From Squalus acanthias (lineage: Eukaryota), in contig CM059426.1 of NCBI GenBank assembly GCA_030390025.1, positions 72,416,001-72,480,000 of the forward strand: 64,000 nucleotides of DNA. Direction: 5' to 3'. Numbering within the stretch: position 1 is the first letter of the stretch; every line of letters begins with the position of its first letter. Of this stretch, positions 23,770 to 36,621 are shown piece by piece. Made by a program: the position numbers and the translations under genes. The notes below the pieces were generated by a model, which saw only the letters and a list, made by a program, of their open reading frames with translations, did no database searches and had not been told where the DNA came from.

Positions 23770-25020
23770 TGGAAGGGTGGAGGAAGAGGGAGATGATTTG
23801 AGGAACAAGGGGGAGAGGGTGAATGAAGAGGGGGAGGATTGGAGGGGGGATTGGAGGAAGGGGAAGTGTGTAGGAAGAAAGAGGGTGGAGGAAGGCAGAG
23901 GGAATAAGGAGGAAGAGGGGGGCAGAGAGAAGGAGGAGGGAAAGAGTGCAGGGAGAGGGCGGAGGGAGAGGGGAGGAGGGAGAGAGGAGCAGAGAGTGAA
24001 CAGAGAGAGGGAGGAGGGAGAGGGGAGCAAAGACAGGGAGAGGGAGGAGAGGAGAGCAGAGAGAGGGAGGGGGAGAGGGGAGCAGAGACAGGGAGAGGGA
24101 GGAGAGGGGAGCAGAGAGAGGGAGGAGGGAGAGGGGAGCAGAGAGAGGGAATGGGGAGGAGGGAGAGGGGAGCAGAGACAGGGAGAGGGAGGAGAGGGGA
24201 GCAGGGAGAGGGAGGAGAGGGGAGCAGAGAGAGGGAGGAGAGGGGAGCAGAGAGGCAGGCGGGCGAGGGGAGAGGGAGAAGGGAGAAGAGAGGGAGGAGG
24301 GAGAGGGGAGCAGGCAAGGGAACTGAAGGGAGGAAGGAGGAGGATGGGGAAGGGGAGGGAAGGGAGGAGGGAGGGGAGGGCAGACGGGAAAGGGAGAAGG
24401 AAGAGAGGAGGTAGGGCAGAAGGGGGATTGGAGAAATGATGGGTAGAAGGAGAGGGGAGGGAGTGGGATGAGGGATAGGGAAGGGGAGAGGTGAGGGGAA
24501 GGAGAGGAGAGATAGGGGGAGGAGGAAGGAGTGAGGGTAAAGGGGAGGAGGTAGAGAGGAAGAGGAGGAATGAGAGAGGGGGAAGGGGAGGAGGTAGAGA
24601 GGAAGGGGAGGGAGAAGAAGGGAGAGGGGAGGAGGGAGGGGGAGGAAGGCGAGGGGAGGAGGGAGAGGCAAGGAGAAAGGTATGGAATGAGTGGATAGGA
24701 GTGGAGGAGCAGAAAGGGAGAACGGGAGAGTGAACAAAAGGAGATGATAGGAGTGTGGAGGGGGATGCAGCAAGAGAGGTGAGGAGTAGGGATGGGGAGG
24801 GTTAGGGATACTGGAGGGGTAAAGGAGGGGTTGAAGGGCAGGGGAGGAGGAAAAGAGATGGGGAACTGGGAGGGGGAAGATTGGACAGGAGTAGGGGAGA
24901 GGAGGTGTGGAGAGGAGGAGGCAAAGGGTAGGAAGGTGAGGGGAGGAGAGGAGTGGAGGGGAGGAGAGGAGATGGGAGGAGGAGTGACTGAGTAGAGGGA
25001 AGGAGGGAGGAGAGGAGAGT
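23770..25020. repeat. Polypurine (G/A) low-complexity tract with imperfect minisatellite (GGGAGAGGGGAGCAGAGA core)
   Basis: Almost purely G/A on the plus strand; recurrent units at ~23940-24320. Confidence 0.9.
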
Positions 25021-26010
25021 GGCTAGTGGTGTCCCGCAAAGATCTGTGTTGGGGCCTCAACTATTCACTGTATTTGTTAACGACTTAGATGATGGGATAG
25101 AAAGCCACATTTCCAAATTTGCCGATGACACGAAGATAGGCGGTATTGTAAGAAGTGTAGCTGGAAGCATAAAATTACGAAGATAGATTAAGCGAATGGG
25201 CATAAATGTGGCTAATCGATTTCAATGTAGGCAAATGTGAGGTCATCCACTTTGGACCTAAAAAGGATAGAATAAAGTACTTTCTAAATGGTGAAAAGCT
25301 AAAAACAGTGGAGGTCCAAAGAGACTTGGGGGTCCAGGTACATAGATCATTAAAATGTCATGAACAGGTACAGAAAATAATCAAAAAGGCTAATGGAATG
25401 CTGGCCTTTCTATCTAGAGGACTAGAATACAAGGGGGCAGAAGTTATGCTGCAGCTATACAAAACCCTGGTTAGACCACACCTGGAGTACTATGAGCAGT
25501 TCTGGGCACCACACCTTAGGAAGGATATATTGGCCTTGGAGGGAGTGCAGCGTAGGTTTACCAGAATGATACCCGGACTCCAGGGGTTAAATTACGAGGA
25601 GAGATGACAGAAATTAGGGTTATATTCCCTGGAATTTAGAAGGTTAAGGGGTGATTTATCAAAGTTTGCAAGATATTAAGGGGAACAGCTAGGATGGGAT
25701 AGAGAGAAACTATTTCCGCTGGTTGGGGAGTCTAGGACTAGGGGGCATAGTCTATAAATTAGAGCCAGACCTTTAAGGAGTGAAATTAGGAAACACTTCT
25801 ACACACAAAGGGTGGTAGAAGTTTGGAACTCTCTTCTGCAAACTGCAATTGATGCTAGATCAATTGTTAATTTTAAATCTGAGATTGATAGCTTTTTCTT
25901 AACCAAAGGTATTAAGGGATATGGGCCAAAGGCTGGTATATGGAGTTAGGTCGCAGATCAGCCATGATCTCATTGAATGGCGGAACAGGCTCAAGGGGCT
26001 AAACGGCCTT
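25013..26010 (+). mobile_element. 5'-truncated CR1 inserted within the purine tract
   Basis: KFADDTK at ~25115; ORF 25206-25607; 3'UTR 'gatcagccatgatctcattgaatggcgg'. Confidence 0.88.
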
Positions 26011-26730
26011 TGAACGGGGAGAGGGAAGGAGTAAGGGAGGAGAGGGGTAAAGGCTAAGTGGAGGGGAGGGAAAATGCGGGTATAGAAGGGGGAGCAAGAA
26101 AGATGAAGAAAGGAAAGAAGGGGAACCACTGAAGAGAAATAGGGAGCAACGGGGAGAGAGGAGGCCATGGGACGCTTTCCAACGTTAAAGGTGTTATATG
26201 CATACAAGTTGTCGTTGTTGAAAAGGAGGCAGAGCAACGGAAGATGGGGGTGGGTTGGAGCATCGGAAGAACAACCAGGAAGGAAGATAAGCAAGAGAGA
26301 GGGGAGCAAAGGGGAGAGGAACAAGTGAGAGAATAGCACGAAGATGAGAAGTAATCGAGAGCTGAGGAAAGCAATGAGAGAGAGCAAAGGGGAAAAGCAA
26401 AAAGGAAGGTGGAACCCACTAGAGGAAAAGGGGAGAAATGGGGAAATTACAAAAGAGAGGAGAGAACAGGAAGAGGGAAAGAATAAGGGGAGAGAAGAGG
26501 AACAACAGGAGGCATGGAATGCAACTTTGGGTGAGAGAGAGCGACAAGGAAAGAGGGAGAACGGTTGGAAGCAATAGGTAGACAAAGGATAAGAGCAACA
26601 GAGGGGGCAACAAGCGGAAAGCAAAGGGAAAACAAAGGAAGAGGGGGAAAGTTTAAAAAAAACAAGGAGGGGGGCGGAGAGCAACAAGAGGACAGAGGAA
26701 GAGGAGCGAGCGAGAGGGGAACGTGTGGTC
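26011..26730. repeat. Purine-rich low-complexity tract (continuation)
   Basis: Strong G/A bias on the plus strand. Confidence 0.75.
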
Positions 26731-27300
26731 TAAGAGGTAGGAAGCAACACCAGGAGAACGGGCAGTACGGATAGAGCCCCAGACAGTGCACTCGAGGCAA
26801 CAGGAGCCGGCCGCTCCTCGGCACAAAGCGAGACCTGTGTAACACAGGGCGACACCGGGAGAATCCGGAGCGCGAACTCCAGTAACACATTACAACGAGC
26901 AGGACCCGGCAAGGCGAGAGAGAGTTAGATCGAGCCCAGAGGGGAAGGCACCGAAGGCGGTGAGAGTCAGCATCACCTCGCGGTAAACGGGAGCGCTTAG
27001 AAGCGGGAGAACAAATTGGAGTCAAAGGGTCTCACGCTCACCAAACCAAAGCCTGGCCTCAGGCTAAAGCAAGGAGGGATTCTGCATGATCTATATTTAA
27101 AATAAAATATTTTTAAAAGGGACGAGGCAGGAGGTGGGAGGGGCGACCACTGCTGACTGGCGTGTCTAGATTACACTTCCTTGGCACATCCTAACAGCTA
27201 GATAATTTTTAGGCTGAAAAATGAAATTGCGACTCTGAATGTAGTGACATCGGTTTTATATGAGTCAGTGTCAAAATTATGGTGGGTTTGCGAAACAGAG
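26730..27300 (-). promoter_or_regulatory. Probable ADAMTS6 promoter / first-exon region
   Basis: CpG-rich 26730-27030; donor TTG|gtgagc at 27042/27041; AT-rich TATA-like run 27090-27118; GC box GGGAGGGGCG ~27136; ETS site (acttcc) ~27175; upstream of the ATG and TE-free. Confidence 0.45.
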
Positions 27301-29189
27301 GAAATGGACCATGAATTACAATTTGAATAATTTATTTTTAAACACCTAAATACACGCTTTTCTACTTTGATAAAAGTTTTATCATAACTCATTGAGTCTG
27401 AAGTTGTAACACAGTAGTTGGCGATGACCCAGTGCAAACAAAAGGCTTGCGTTACGGGCACACAAAAGTCACATTAGCCCAAGTGCATGCGAAAGTTCGC
27501 ATTCAGTGGGAGTCCCCCGGAATATAAAACAGTGACACGGTGTGAGATTTGAGATAAGCGCGCACCATTAAGTTCCAAACCGATAGGGTTAGCCTGGTAC
27601 AATGGCATGTGTATGTTGCTAGGGAAGTGAAGGGGGAGGGGCAGGAGCTCAATCGAAGGATATAAAGTCCGCGGCTCCCCGCTGAAGTTGCAGAACTGCT
27701 CCTTGTATTGAATGGTTACCGTTTCAGTGGAGAGATAAATAACACGTCCCCCAGCTATCGTCAGAATTCGGCAACGGAAAAAAATCTGACTTGCTTTTTT
27801 AATTAAAAAAATATATTAAAATCTGATCTCCGATACAATGATTGCAGGACACGAATTTTTATCAAATTTTGGGGCGGAAATCACACCACGGATAGACCTG
27901 AAAAGAAAACCAAACTTTGCAGACGTCACCAAAAGTCAGGTTTGGCTTTCTAACCTGTGCTGTGTTTCCTGCGCCGTGCCCAGTAAGTTTTCCAGGAGCT
28001 GTCAGATTTCTGCTGGACAATCCTAAATTTTTCAGTGAAGGAGCTACGAAAAGGCTAGACACTACAAAAACATAGCACACAGCTGGCCGGTCAACGTCAG
28101 CATTTCAACGTCAAAAAATAAGAGAAAATTAAAACCTTTCATACATAGGGGGGAATGGAATAGGCTCCGTACAGTCAATATAAAGTAACATTCAGCAGCC
28201 CATTCCCAGACAGCAGCTCGAAATCTATTTGGATAAAACGCGTGTGACCCAGACAGTTGGCAGTTGGCCCAAATACATCACACCGGCAGCTCAAATAAAA
28301 ACAAGCGTCTCTACAACAATGAAAGAATTGGAGAGTCTGTGCTTTCTTGCACACTTTTAAGTCTTGTTGCGATTTTAAAGATATATATATACGTTGCTTT
28401 CTATACAGTCACACTCCCCACATTCGATTAGTTGGAACGACGCATCCTTAAAAAAAACCCTCACAAATCACACGAGGTACAGATTAAATCAAAGAACACT
28501 ATTCTGCATAGCGTTTGTTACTCTCCTAAAACCATACAAGAAATGGAACTATCTTACTTAAAATGCACAAGAGGATCTGCTAAATTAGGGTTTCAAACAT
28601 ATAATCGCAAAAAAGACCAAACGATTCCTTCAGTGCAGTCCATTTCAGCAAAAAAGTGAAATAATTGAAACTGCTTCAGTGTCCAATCCCATTAGTTTAC
28701 AATACAACTTGTAGTGAGCTTTAGCAGTAAACCGACACTTTAAGATAGACAAAGGGGTCGGAAAAATGTTACTAGTAGCCTTTACCGTTTTCATCTTCAT
28801 TCTGGGAAGGTTTTAAGTGCAGCTTTCAAACAATAGACCGTGCACACTGGCGATCCGTACCAACCAATTCTACTCTCTCGAAACCACAAGAGTTATTTTC
28901 ATCCAGAACAAAATCCTGCAGTTTGGAGGGGGGTGGGGGGAGGTGGGGGGGAGCTTACTGAAGTTACTGACTTGGCAGAAACTGGGATGCCATCAGCCAC
29001 CACCAAGCAACATAGATTTTTTTTCCCCCACTGACTCCTCTCTCCCGGGCAGCTGAGCTCGTACAAAGCTTTATAGGACAGTTGGAAAAGTAAGGCAGGC
29101 AATACAACAAAGTATATGAAACAGCCCCGATCTGACTACCGGCCTTCAGCCAAGTTTAGACTTGCAATCTGGCAATCCGATGTGTGCTA

Positions 29190-29300
29190 CAGAGCGTACT
29201 TACGTCAGTGAAAAATGCAGATGTGCTTTTTTTTCACAGACCGGGTTGTGCGCATGTCTTATGGGTCACGTGAAGGGGAGGGGGCGACGAAGGGGTCCAG
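29190..29300. promoter_or_regulatory. Cluster of promoter-type motifs
   Basis: TTACGTCA (CRE-like), GTGCGCATG (NRF1-like), GGTCACGTGA (USF/TFE E-box) and GGGGAGGGGGCG (SP/KLF) within ~100 bp. Confidence 0.35.
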
Positions 29301-32300
29301 TCAGGGTGAAACTGGCATAGGAGAGCCCAGCATAGACTAAACTTCAAAAAACTACACCATACTCACTTTAAAGTAGGAGAGGAGCGACTGCCCAGCTCGC
29401 ACACTGTTTCTGTTTAATAGTAACACTTTGCATTGTTGATTAAGGACATTAATTTTCTTCAGTTCGTATTCAACAGGGAAACAAATCATACCTCGGAAAC
29501 GCACAAGTCATCTTATTTTAATGTTATTACGGGGGGGGGGGCGGGAGGCATTTACTCTTAGATTGTTATTCGTCTTGATGAGATTACAGCGGGTGCAATT
29601 TTCTTGTTGCAAGCGTTTCCACTTAAGATTATGTTATCTTCAATATTAAGTACCCGGGGGCAATTTATTACAGTTTAAAACTCCTATAAAAAGCTTAACG
29701 CAGTCACAACAGCAGAAGCAGCGTAGTCATTAGTCCTAAAAGCTCTTCCTAAACATGACTTAAATTAAAATGGATTGGAAGTCGATTTAACTATTTACAT
29801 TCCAGTGGCAGCACCAGCATAAACTTTTAAATAGCCTCAAGCCATCATAGCGTTTCTAGGGGAAACACATCCATGCGGTAGTGAAAATAATGTAGTCAAG
29901 CAGATTGTCAGTTGTACTGTAGAAATTAACATTAAAAGTCGGTGACCTGTAGAAATTAACCTCTACATTTATTAATGGGGGAGGGGGTAAAAACTATAGA
30001 GCTAACCATTTAAACTCAATCTGAAAAGAAGCAGCTCAAAAATTAGAAGGAAGGAACATGCTAAAAGTTATGTGGTGCTTAGATCTTCGATGCTTTAAAA
30101 TTAAAACCCAACATGAAGGGATTTGCACATTTTTCCCCCAGACGCCATCGCTGGCCGAACCCACCTTTTATATCGGCATGGTCGCATCGAATAGGTTAAC
30201 GGGGAAGCAGCAGTCGCAACTATTGTTGAGTTCCAAGACATTGTGCGTTACCAACAAAAAGCTGGATAGATAAATATCGTGCAGCATGGTGAGTGTAAGG
30301 AAAGGTCTGCACTAGGCGTTCTAACCGACTGCAATATCAAAGAACACGGAGTAAATGAAACGTCTCACAGAACTTGGCAGAAAGTTCAATCGAACTGTGG
30401 TGCACTTCTGGTTTACAATTGAAGGTTAAAGTGACATTAAGCAATTATAGCCTGTAGGTCTCATAAGATAATCATATTTGAGATAATATTGTAAAATTAA
30501 AATAAATTGTAAACCATAAAAAAGTCTGTTCTTCTCAGCAACACCATAAGTGAAGATTTAAATCAGAGAACGCTAAATAAACATCAAAAAAGCAAAGCTA
30601 CTGGTTTGGACTATTGCTTTCTAAGCGTTTCTAAGAAATGTTCAATAACAACTCATGCATTTGTTTTTAATTGGATTGGTTTCAGTTAATACACAGGATC
30701 CTGTACCTCTAAATAGACATAAGCGTTAAAGTGGGCGGTGAATCGGAGCACGAGCATGAATGTATCTGCAGGTGTCTGTCACCACGATCACAATGTCAAT
30801 GACACAATGTGAGACAACGGTATCGTCGTGAGATGTGCTGAGACAACTGTGAAACCAGTGAATGTTGGGCTCGTTTTGCATTTTTGTTTTTATTTAAAAT
30901 AAACAAAAACAAGACTATTCACAAAGCTAGACATGTGTTCGAAACAGTGTTGCTCTGCCGTTTGACCTGCGTTAGTCTGTTTCATGTGGTTAGAAAAACA
31001 ACGATTGGGAGTAGCAACTTAATCTTATCGATTTCCTAAACAACTCTTCGGCACAGTACACTTACATCTGGTTTGTCTTTCAGTTATTCTGCAAGCTATC
31101 ACGGTTTTCTGTGCTGGGAAAGAATCCTTTGAAAAAGAAGCCTTGAAACTTTTTTTTAAAATCTGGTCGGCCACGCATTGTCTGAAAACAGACAAGATAC
31201 AAAGTTTCCAGTCTTCTGTCTCAATTACTTTGCATCGTGAATCAGGTTTTATTTCCATTAGACTGTTCCAACCCACGCCGGAGGTAGTAGGTGTAAGTCG
31301 TTTGGTGGTCTATGGAACCTTTAGCTAGAGATCTCGATGATTTAAATGTCGCCAAAGAGCCCATACAGACGAGCTTTCTTAGAGGTGAAAGGGAAACGCA
31401 TCAGTCTCCACAGCCGCTAGTCCTCAACGTGACCTTCTCATTACTTGGCTCCACGCCAAACAAGTCTAGAAGGTATAAGTACATCCTGTGGTGGGTATTG
31501 ACAATTTCAAATAAACACGCTCCATATGTTATGCCGAATTGGTGAAACGATTGTTTGTAATAAAATATTGGTCCTGAACTATGATTCCGGAACTGATTCT
31601 TTAATGTCATGAAAAGCAATTATAGAGAAGCCTTTCAACAATGCCCAACGCACATCGTTCTTAGTATATGAGTGTGTGAAAACATTGGGGTTTAGTCCAG
31701 TAAATAAAAAGTCCTTTCAGATTTTTCTTTATTTGCATATTTGTCTTTAATCGATGTTATTGGTAACTGAAATTGAAATACAATTGAAGCTAAGTACCTG
31801 AAATTGTAACACACATTCGCTAAATATATTCACTAGAAAGGCTCTTTAAATGTTGTTACTTCTTGGGCTTGTTTAAGGGTTATACACGAATGACAGTGTC
31901 TTAAAAGTTTGTTTTGAAAGGTAAGTATATTGAACTGGTTCTGTGACAGTCGTATATTTAATAACGATTTCCTGGGAACTGCTAGGTAAAACCGTTGGCA
32001 TTCCCAGGCTACTATCCAAAACGTTAGAGGAGTACATGCTGGTTCAGTATACAGACAGTCAGTTGGCGACTTTCATTACTTCCTCTGTTTATTTAGACAA
32101 CGCCATCGTGTGGCTTCGGGGAATGAAGACAAAGACGACAAAAGTAATGCAAAGAAATACCACTCGGGCAGGCAAGCAGAGAATCCCGTTACACATTTCA
32201 CTGTGTTTTTTAATTATTACAGCACCAGAAAGAAGTAATGGCCGAACAGTATGCAAGGAACACGGAATTGTAATTGCTGTGTATAAATATAAATGGGTTT

Positions 32301-32458
32301 GCCTCGTGTGGTATAACGAAACGTGTCTGTTTTCATTGTCTCATAAATCTGTTATAAAACACTGATGACTTTCACAGAATTAATACTGCACAAAAACACA
32401 GATTATTCGCTACCGCAATGATTTATTATTCGGTTTTCTTTACAATGGTGTTGCTGTT

Positions 32459-32906
32459 ACATAGAAACATAGAAACTAGGAGCAGGAGTAGGCCATTCGG
32501 CCCGTCGAGCCTGCTCCACCATTCAATACGATCATGGCTGATCATCCAAATCCAGTACCCTGTCCCTGCCCCCTCACACAGAATCCCCATCGAGCCTGCA
32601 CCGACACATATCCCACCCTATCCCTGTAACCCCACGTATTTAATTCCCCCTAACATATCCCATCCTATCCCTGTAACCCCACATATTTAATCCCCCCCTA
32701 ACACTAAGGGTCAATTTATCATAGCCAAATCACCTAACCCGCACATTTTTGGACTGTGGGAGGAAACCGGAGCACCCGGAGGAAACCCACGCAGACACGG
32801 GGAGAATGTGCAAACTCCACACAGACAGTCACCCGAGGCCAGATTTGAACCCGGGTCTCTGGCGCTGTGAGGCACCAGTGCTAACCACTATGTCACCGTG
32901 TTGCCC
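32459..32906 (-). mobile_element. V-SINE (shark HE1-like): tRNA head, V-domain, CR1-derived tail
   Basis: V-domain 'ggactgtgggaggaaaccggagcacccggaggaaacccacgcagacacggggagaatgtgcaaactccacacagacag'; B-box at ~32840-32855; tail shared with CR1 3' ends. Confidence 0.88.
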
Positions 32907-35269
32907 ATTGTAGTTATAATTCTTCCTCCCCTTTATAAAATTTCACCACTTTCATTAATTAACAAAAACATTCCTTCAGAGTCTTTTCCTTTCCAATTTC
33001 CAGAAAATAAATTATTGTTCTGTTCTTCATTAATCTTATGGACACTTTGACAGTTTTAAACAACTGGGATAATAATGTCTTCTCTTTAAAATAAAAAATA
33101 TAGCTTATTCGACGAGCATAGAAGTGAGGGAGTTTGCAACACAATGTGTTAGTCTGTTAGACTGTCATCGTTTTGTTTACCTGTCAGGACTGTGACCTCT
33201 GTTACTAAAAAAATAAGGAATTTCGTTCCTTGTAAATACTACAGGATCTAATGACAACTTAATTTCAACCAAAAATGTAATGTAAGTATTTTTTTTGCTC
33301 CCCAATAGCTCAGTGCGTAAATGCAAGTTGGTTGATCTCAGGCTGGGTGGCAGGAAGAGCACCACAATTGGTCTTAGCATCACTGAGCCAGGGAGGGGGA
33401 TATTAGCTAGGATTCTCACTACTGATCACTATCTAATGATAACTGTTGAGAAATTTGCATGTCTAGACATGGGGAGAGGATAGAATTGGGCTTGGTGGTG
33501 ATGCTCTCCACGGTTGAACAGATGCCAATACTCAGGTCTTGATTTCCTGCCTTGTTTCAGCCAATTTTGGGCTAGTAGTTGGGCAGACAGAGGTGGGAAA
33601 TGGAGCAGAGATCCATCACTCCAAATCTTTCCCATTTTAGCACTCCCCCACCCCCCCGCCACCTCACCTCAATTTTCCAATGTTATTTCTGCAGAAGTTG
33701 GAAGAGCCCACCCATTTTGGGGTGGGTAAATGTAAATGAGGCGGGACTGATTTGGTAATATCATATGCTCTATTTGCCATCTTTTCTGCCTTATTTCTGC
33801 TGAGTATAAATTACGCTAGTATAAAACAGATCTCCGAAGTTGCTAGCCATTACCCTGCAGGTAAGTTTAATCAAAAAGAGGGGCAGCAGCCTAATAAGTA
33901 GTGGAGGACAACCTGTTTCTGGCTGCAAGAGGGACATTCATACCAGTCTGATAAAGGAGATCTTCGCTTCAGTACCACAACCAGCATGAAAATCCTCTCT
34001 ACATTCCCTTCCTATCACAAATATGCTATAGTCTACACGCCCTACTCTGTGTGCATCAACTCACACAGCATTGGCAACAAGAACTTTAATGCTGCCATCA
34101 TTTTATTTGAAATCAATAGTTTCTGTTTGTGTTTTGCTTCCTTTTGGTGCCAGTGTTTGATGTATGCATTCTTAAACTTAATCTTGTGCTTCTCCGAGGT
34201 GCGACTTCAGTGTGGCTGGCTACTATGTATCTGGAAGAGCCTCTTGGGGCTGAGGTGCCTCTCAGCTCATGGAAGCTAAGTGCTGGGATAGACTTGCTGC
34301 AGGCTTGTGCTTCTGTGAAGCACCTTGGGACATTTTTTCTACATTAAGACAATATATAAATGCAAGTGTTTCCAGCATTTTCTGTTGTTATTCCATCATT
34401 TGTGTACCTTTTTGCCATGCTACCAGTACTGGGCACTGGCACTATTTGGCTATTGGTCTGCAGGTGTACTTAATGGTTTTAATGAGATCTATGATGCTTT
34501 TCTGCAACTAGTCACCAAGCCTGTCCAAACCAGTAGCAACAGCCTTCTCCAGTATGCTATCTGAGACCTCTATAGCTGTAGTCTGAGCATCCATGAAGGA
34601 AACAAAGATTGACCTTAGGGCTTCTGTCATTGGGGTCTGCACTGTAGATGTTCCTGGAGCTGCCACACATTCCATGGTGGCATGCTATTAAGTGATACTT
34701 CAGTATGCTGCTGGTGAACTCCTCCACCTTTACTGCCATCTACAGTGTACTGTCCAATATGTTTCCTAATACCTGAACCAATGCTTGATGCTTGGAGAGC
34801 ATTATTCTTTTAAATGCAAGCCCCATGAGCTTCATACTTTAGGGTCTCCAGCTGAGAGGTGATGCCTCCTGACCAACCAGGCAGCAACATTTCCCTCTTG
34901 ACATGCCACTTTTAACTACTGCTGCTCATTCATGTTCTCTGTCTCACCCAGTGCACTACCCGCTTCCTCAGTAACTAACTCCCCTGGAGTACATGTCTTT
35001 GGACTGACATTTGGGAGAGATAGAGTGAATGACAGTTCATGCTTTAAAATGCTGGCATTGCTGGATAGTGAGGGGTCTCTTCCTGCAGCACATCTAGAGG
35101 AGAAAAAGGGGAAGAGCAGTTAGAATGGTTTACTAAGAAGCAGAGCTCACATGTCACTTTCAGACAAAGGAGTGACATGAGGGTTTTATGATATGGTTCA
35201 GTAACAATTAATGAAGGGTCCAATAGAAGGAGAAGCAAAATGTTCTGATGAACCCTCAGCTGACACATA

Positions 35270-35938
35270 GGGCTGGATAGTACCAGCCCTGAGGAGGCGG
35301 GTCTGGAGACGGGACTGCTGGGAAAATGCCGACATCGGGAAACCCTGCCAGGGTAAGTGAGGCGTGCTGTGGGTCTGTTGTTATGTTGGTGTTTGGATGA
35401 CAGCTGCAGAAGTGGTGTGAAGCATGCAATCGGACACAGGTTAGTATCAGAGGTAAGGAAAAGATGTGAAAGTAATTTTTAATGTGGTTAGATGTTTCTG
35501 CAGGTGACAAGCTGTGAAGTGTTTGTGTAGGCTCATCTCATCGGGAGAAGTGACAGATGGCTTCTGCAATCTCAGCTGCAGTTGCCATCTGTTTTATCCT
35601 AAGGAGAGAATAATTGGAGAGCCTGAGTGCAAGGGCTCACCTTTGGACAGTGATTGTCAGTGTTTGACAGCACCTCAATGCTGTCAAACACTGTCAAATC
35701 ATCTGTCAAAAATTTAATGGTTCATGTGCCTTTAAGAAAACTGGCAGATGAAGCATCATCCACTGACGTCATCTGACACCGGCTTTCCCTTAATTGGCCG
35801 GCAAGCCCACAGGGCGGGCTTAACAAGGCCAATCAGGGCAAAATAGCATCTGTTCGTCAGACATCGCTGGGGGCGGGACTAGAACCCGGAAGGCAGTAGT
35901 CCCGCCCCCAACGCGTCTCGATGAGTAAAATCCAGCCC
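35270..35938. mobile_element. Harbinger-like MITE (669 bp)
   Basis: TIRs GGGCTGGATAGTAC / GGGCTGGATTTTAC with ATA on both sides. Confidence 0.7.
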
Positions 35939-36621
35939 ATACTGTCCTACCTCCCCATCTGCAACATTCTCAATAGCCTTTCTTTCCAGATGTGCATGGC
36001 GTCCTCCTCATGGTTGTAAGTGGTTTTGGGAGTGTTCCCACCTGTTGCCAATCTGACTTCTCAAAAAAATACAACAGTAAGAATTGCGGTAATTGGCTAA
36101 TGACAGATCCATGCTGGAAAGCAATTGAGGGTCATTGTAGGGGAGTTGCATGCAACTCTGTGAGTGAAAGAACACTTATAGGTGGGTGTAAAGGCAAAGG
36201 GTGTCAAGAGCACTATGCTGCCTCCTCGAGTAGATGGGAAACAATTCAAGCACTTTAACAGAGTGTGACGGAAAGTCAGTGTAAGTGGCAAACATGCTCA
36301 GTACAGTGCATTCCGATGCTGGCTCGTCTCACATTGCCTGACTTGGTAAGGTCATTAAATTACTTCCTGCACTGGAATGAAGTGCTTTAGATCATGGAAC
36401 TGGCAATTATAGCACTGGCCACCTCCCTCCACTGCCCTGAGTTGCCATCATTTGGTTCCTCTGCCTCCATTCCAAACAGGGCCTCCCTTCCAACTCTAAT
36501 CTCCTGCAGGAGCAGTTCCACTTCTGCAGCAGACCTTTCAGACATTCTATGCAGCAGATATATGTTATAATTGGGAAAACAAAAACTTATGAATATGGCT
36601 GCCCTTTAAACTGCTACACAT

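Noticed and set aside
23601-25060. Long ORFs of 390, 275 and 431 aa (P/S/L-rich or G/E/R-rich)
   Set aside because: By-products of the G/A low-complexity tract, which lacks stop codons; no domain content.
25899-27025. ORFs of 262 and 192 aa rich in L/F/S/P
   Set aside because: Reverse-strand reading of purine-rich DNA and GC-rich promoter sequence.
33534-36560. Possible older Harbinger-like element around the 35270 MITE
   Set aside because: Left-end-like sequence is present but I could not find a matching right TIR, TSD or coding motifs.
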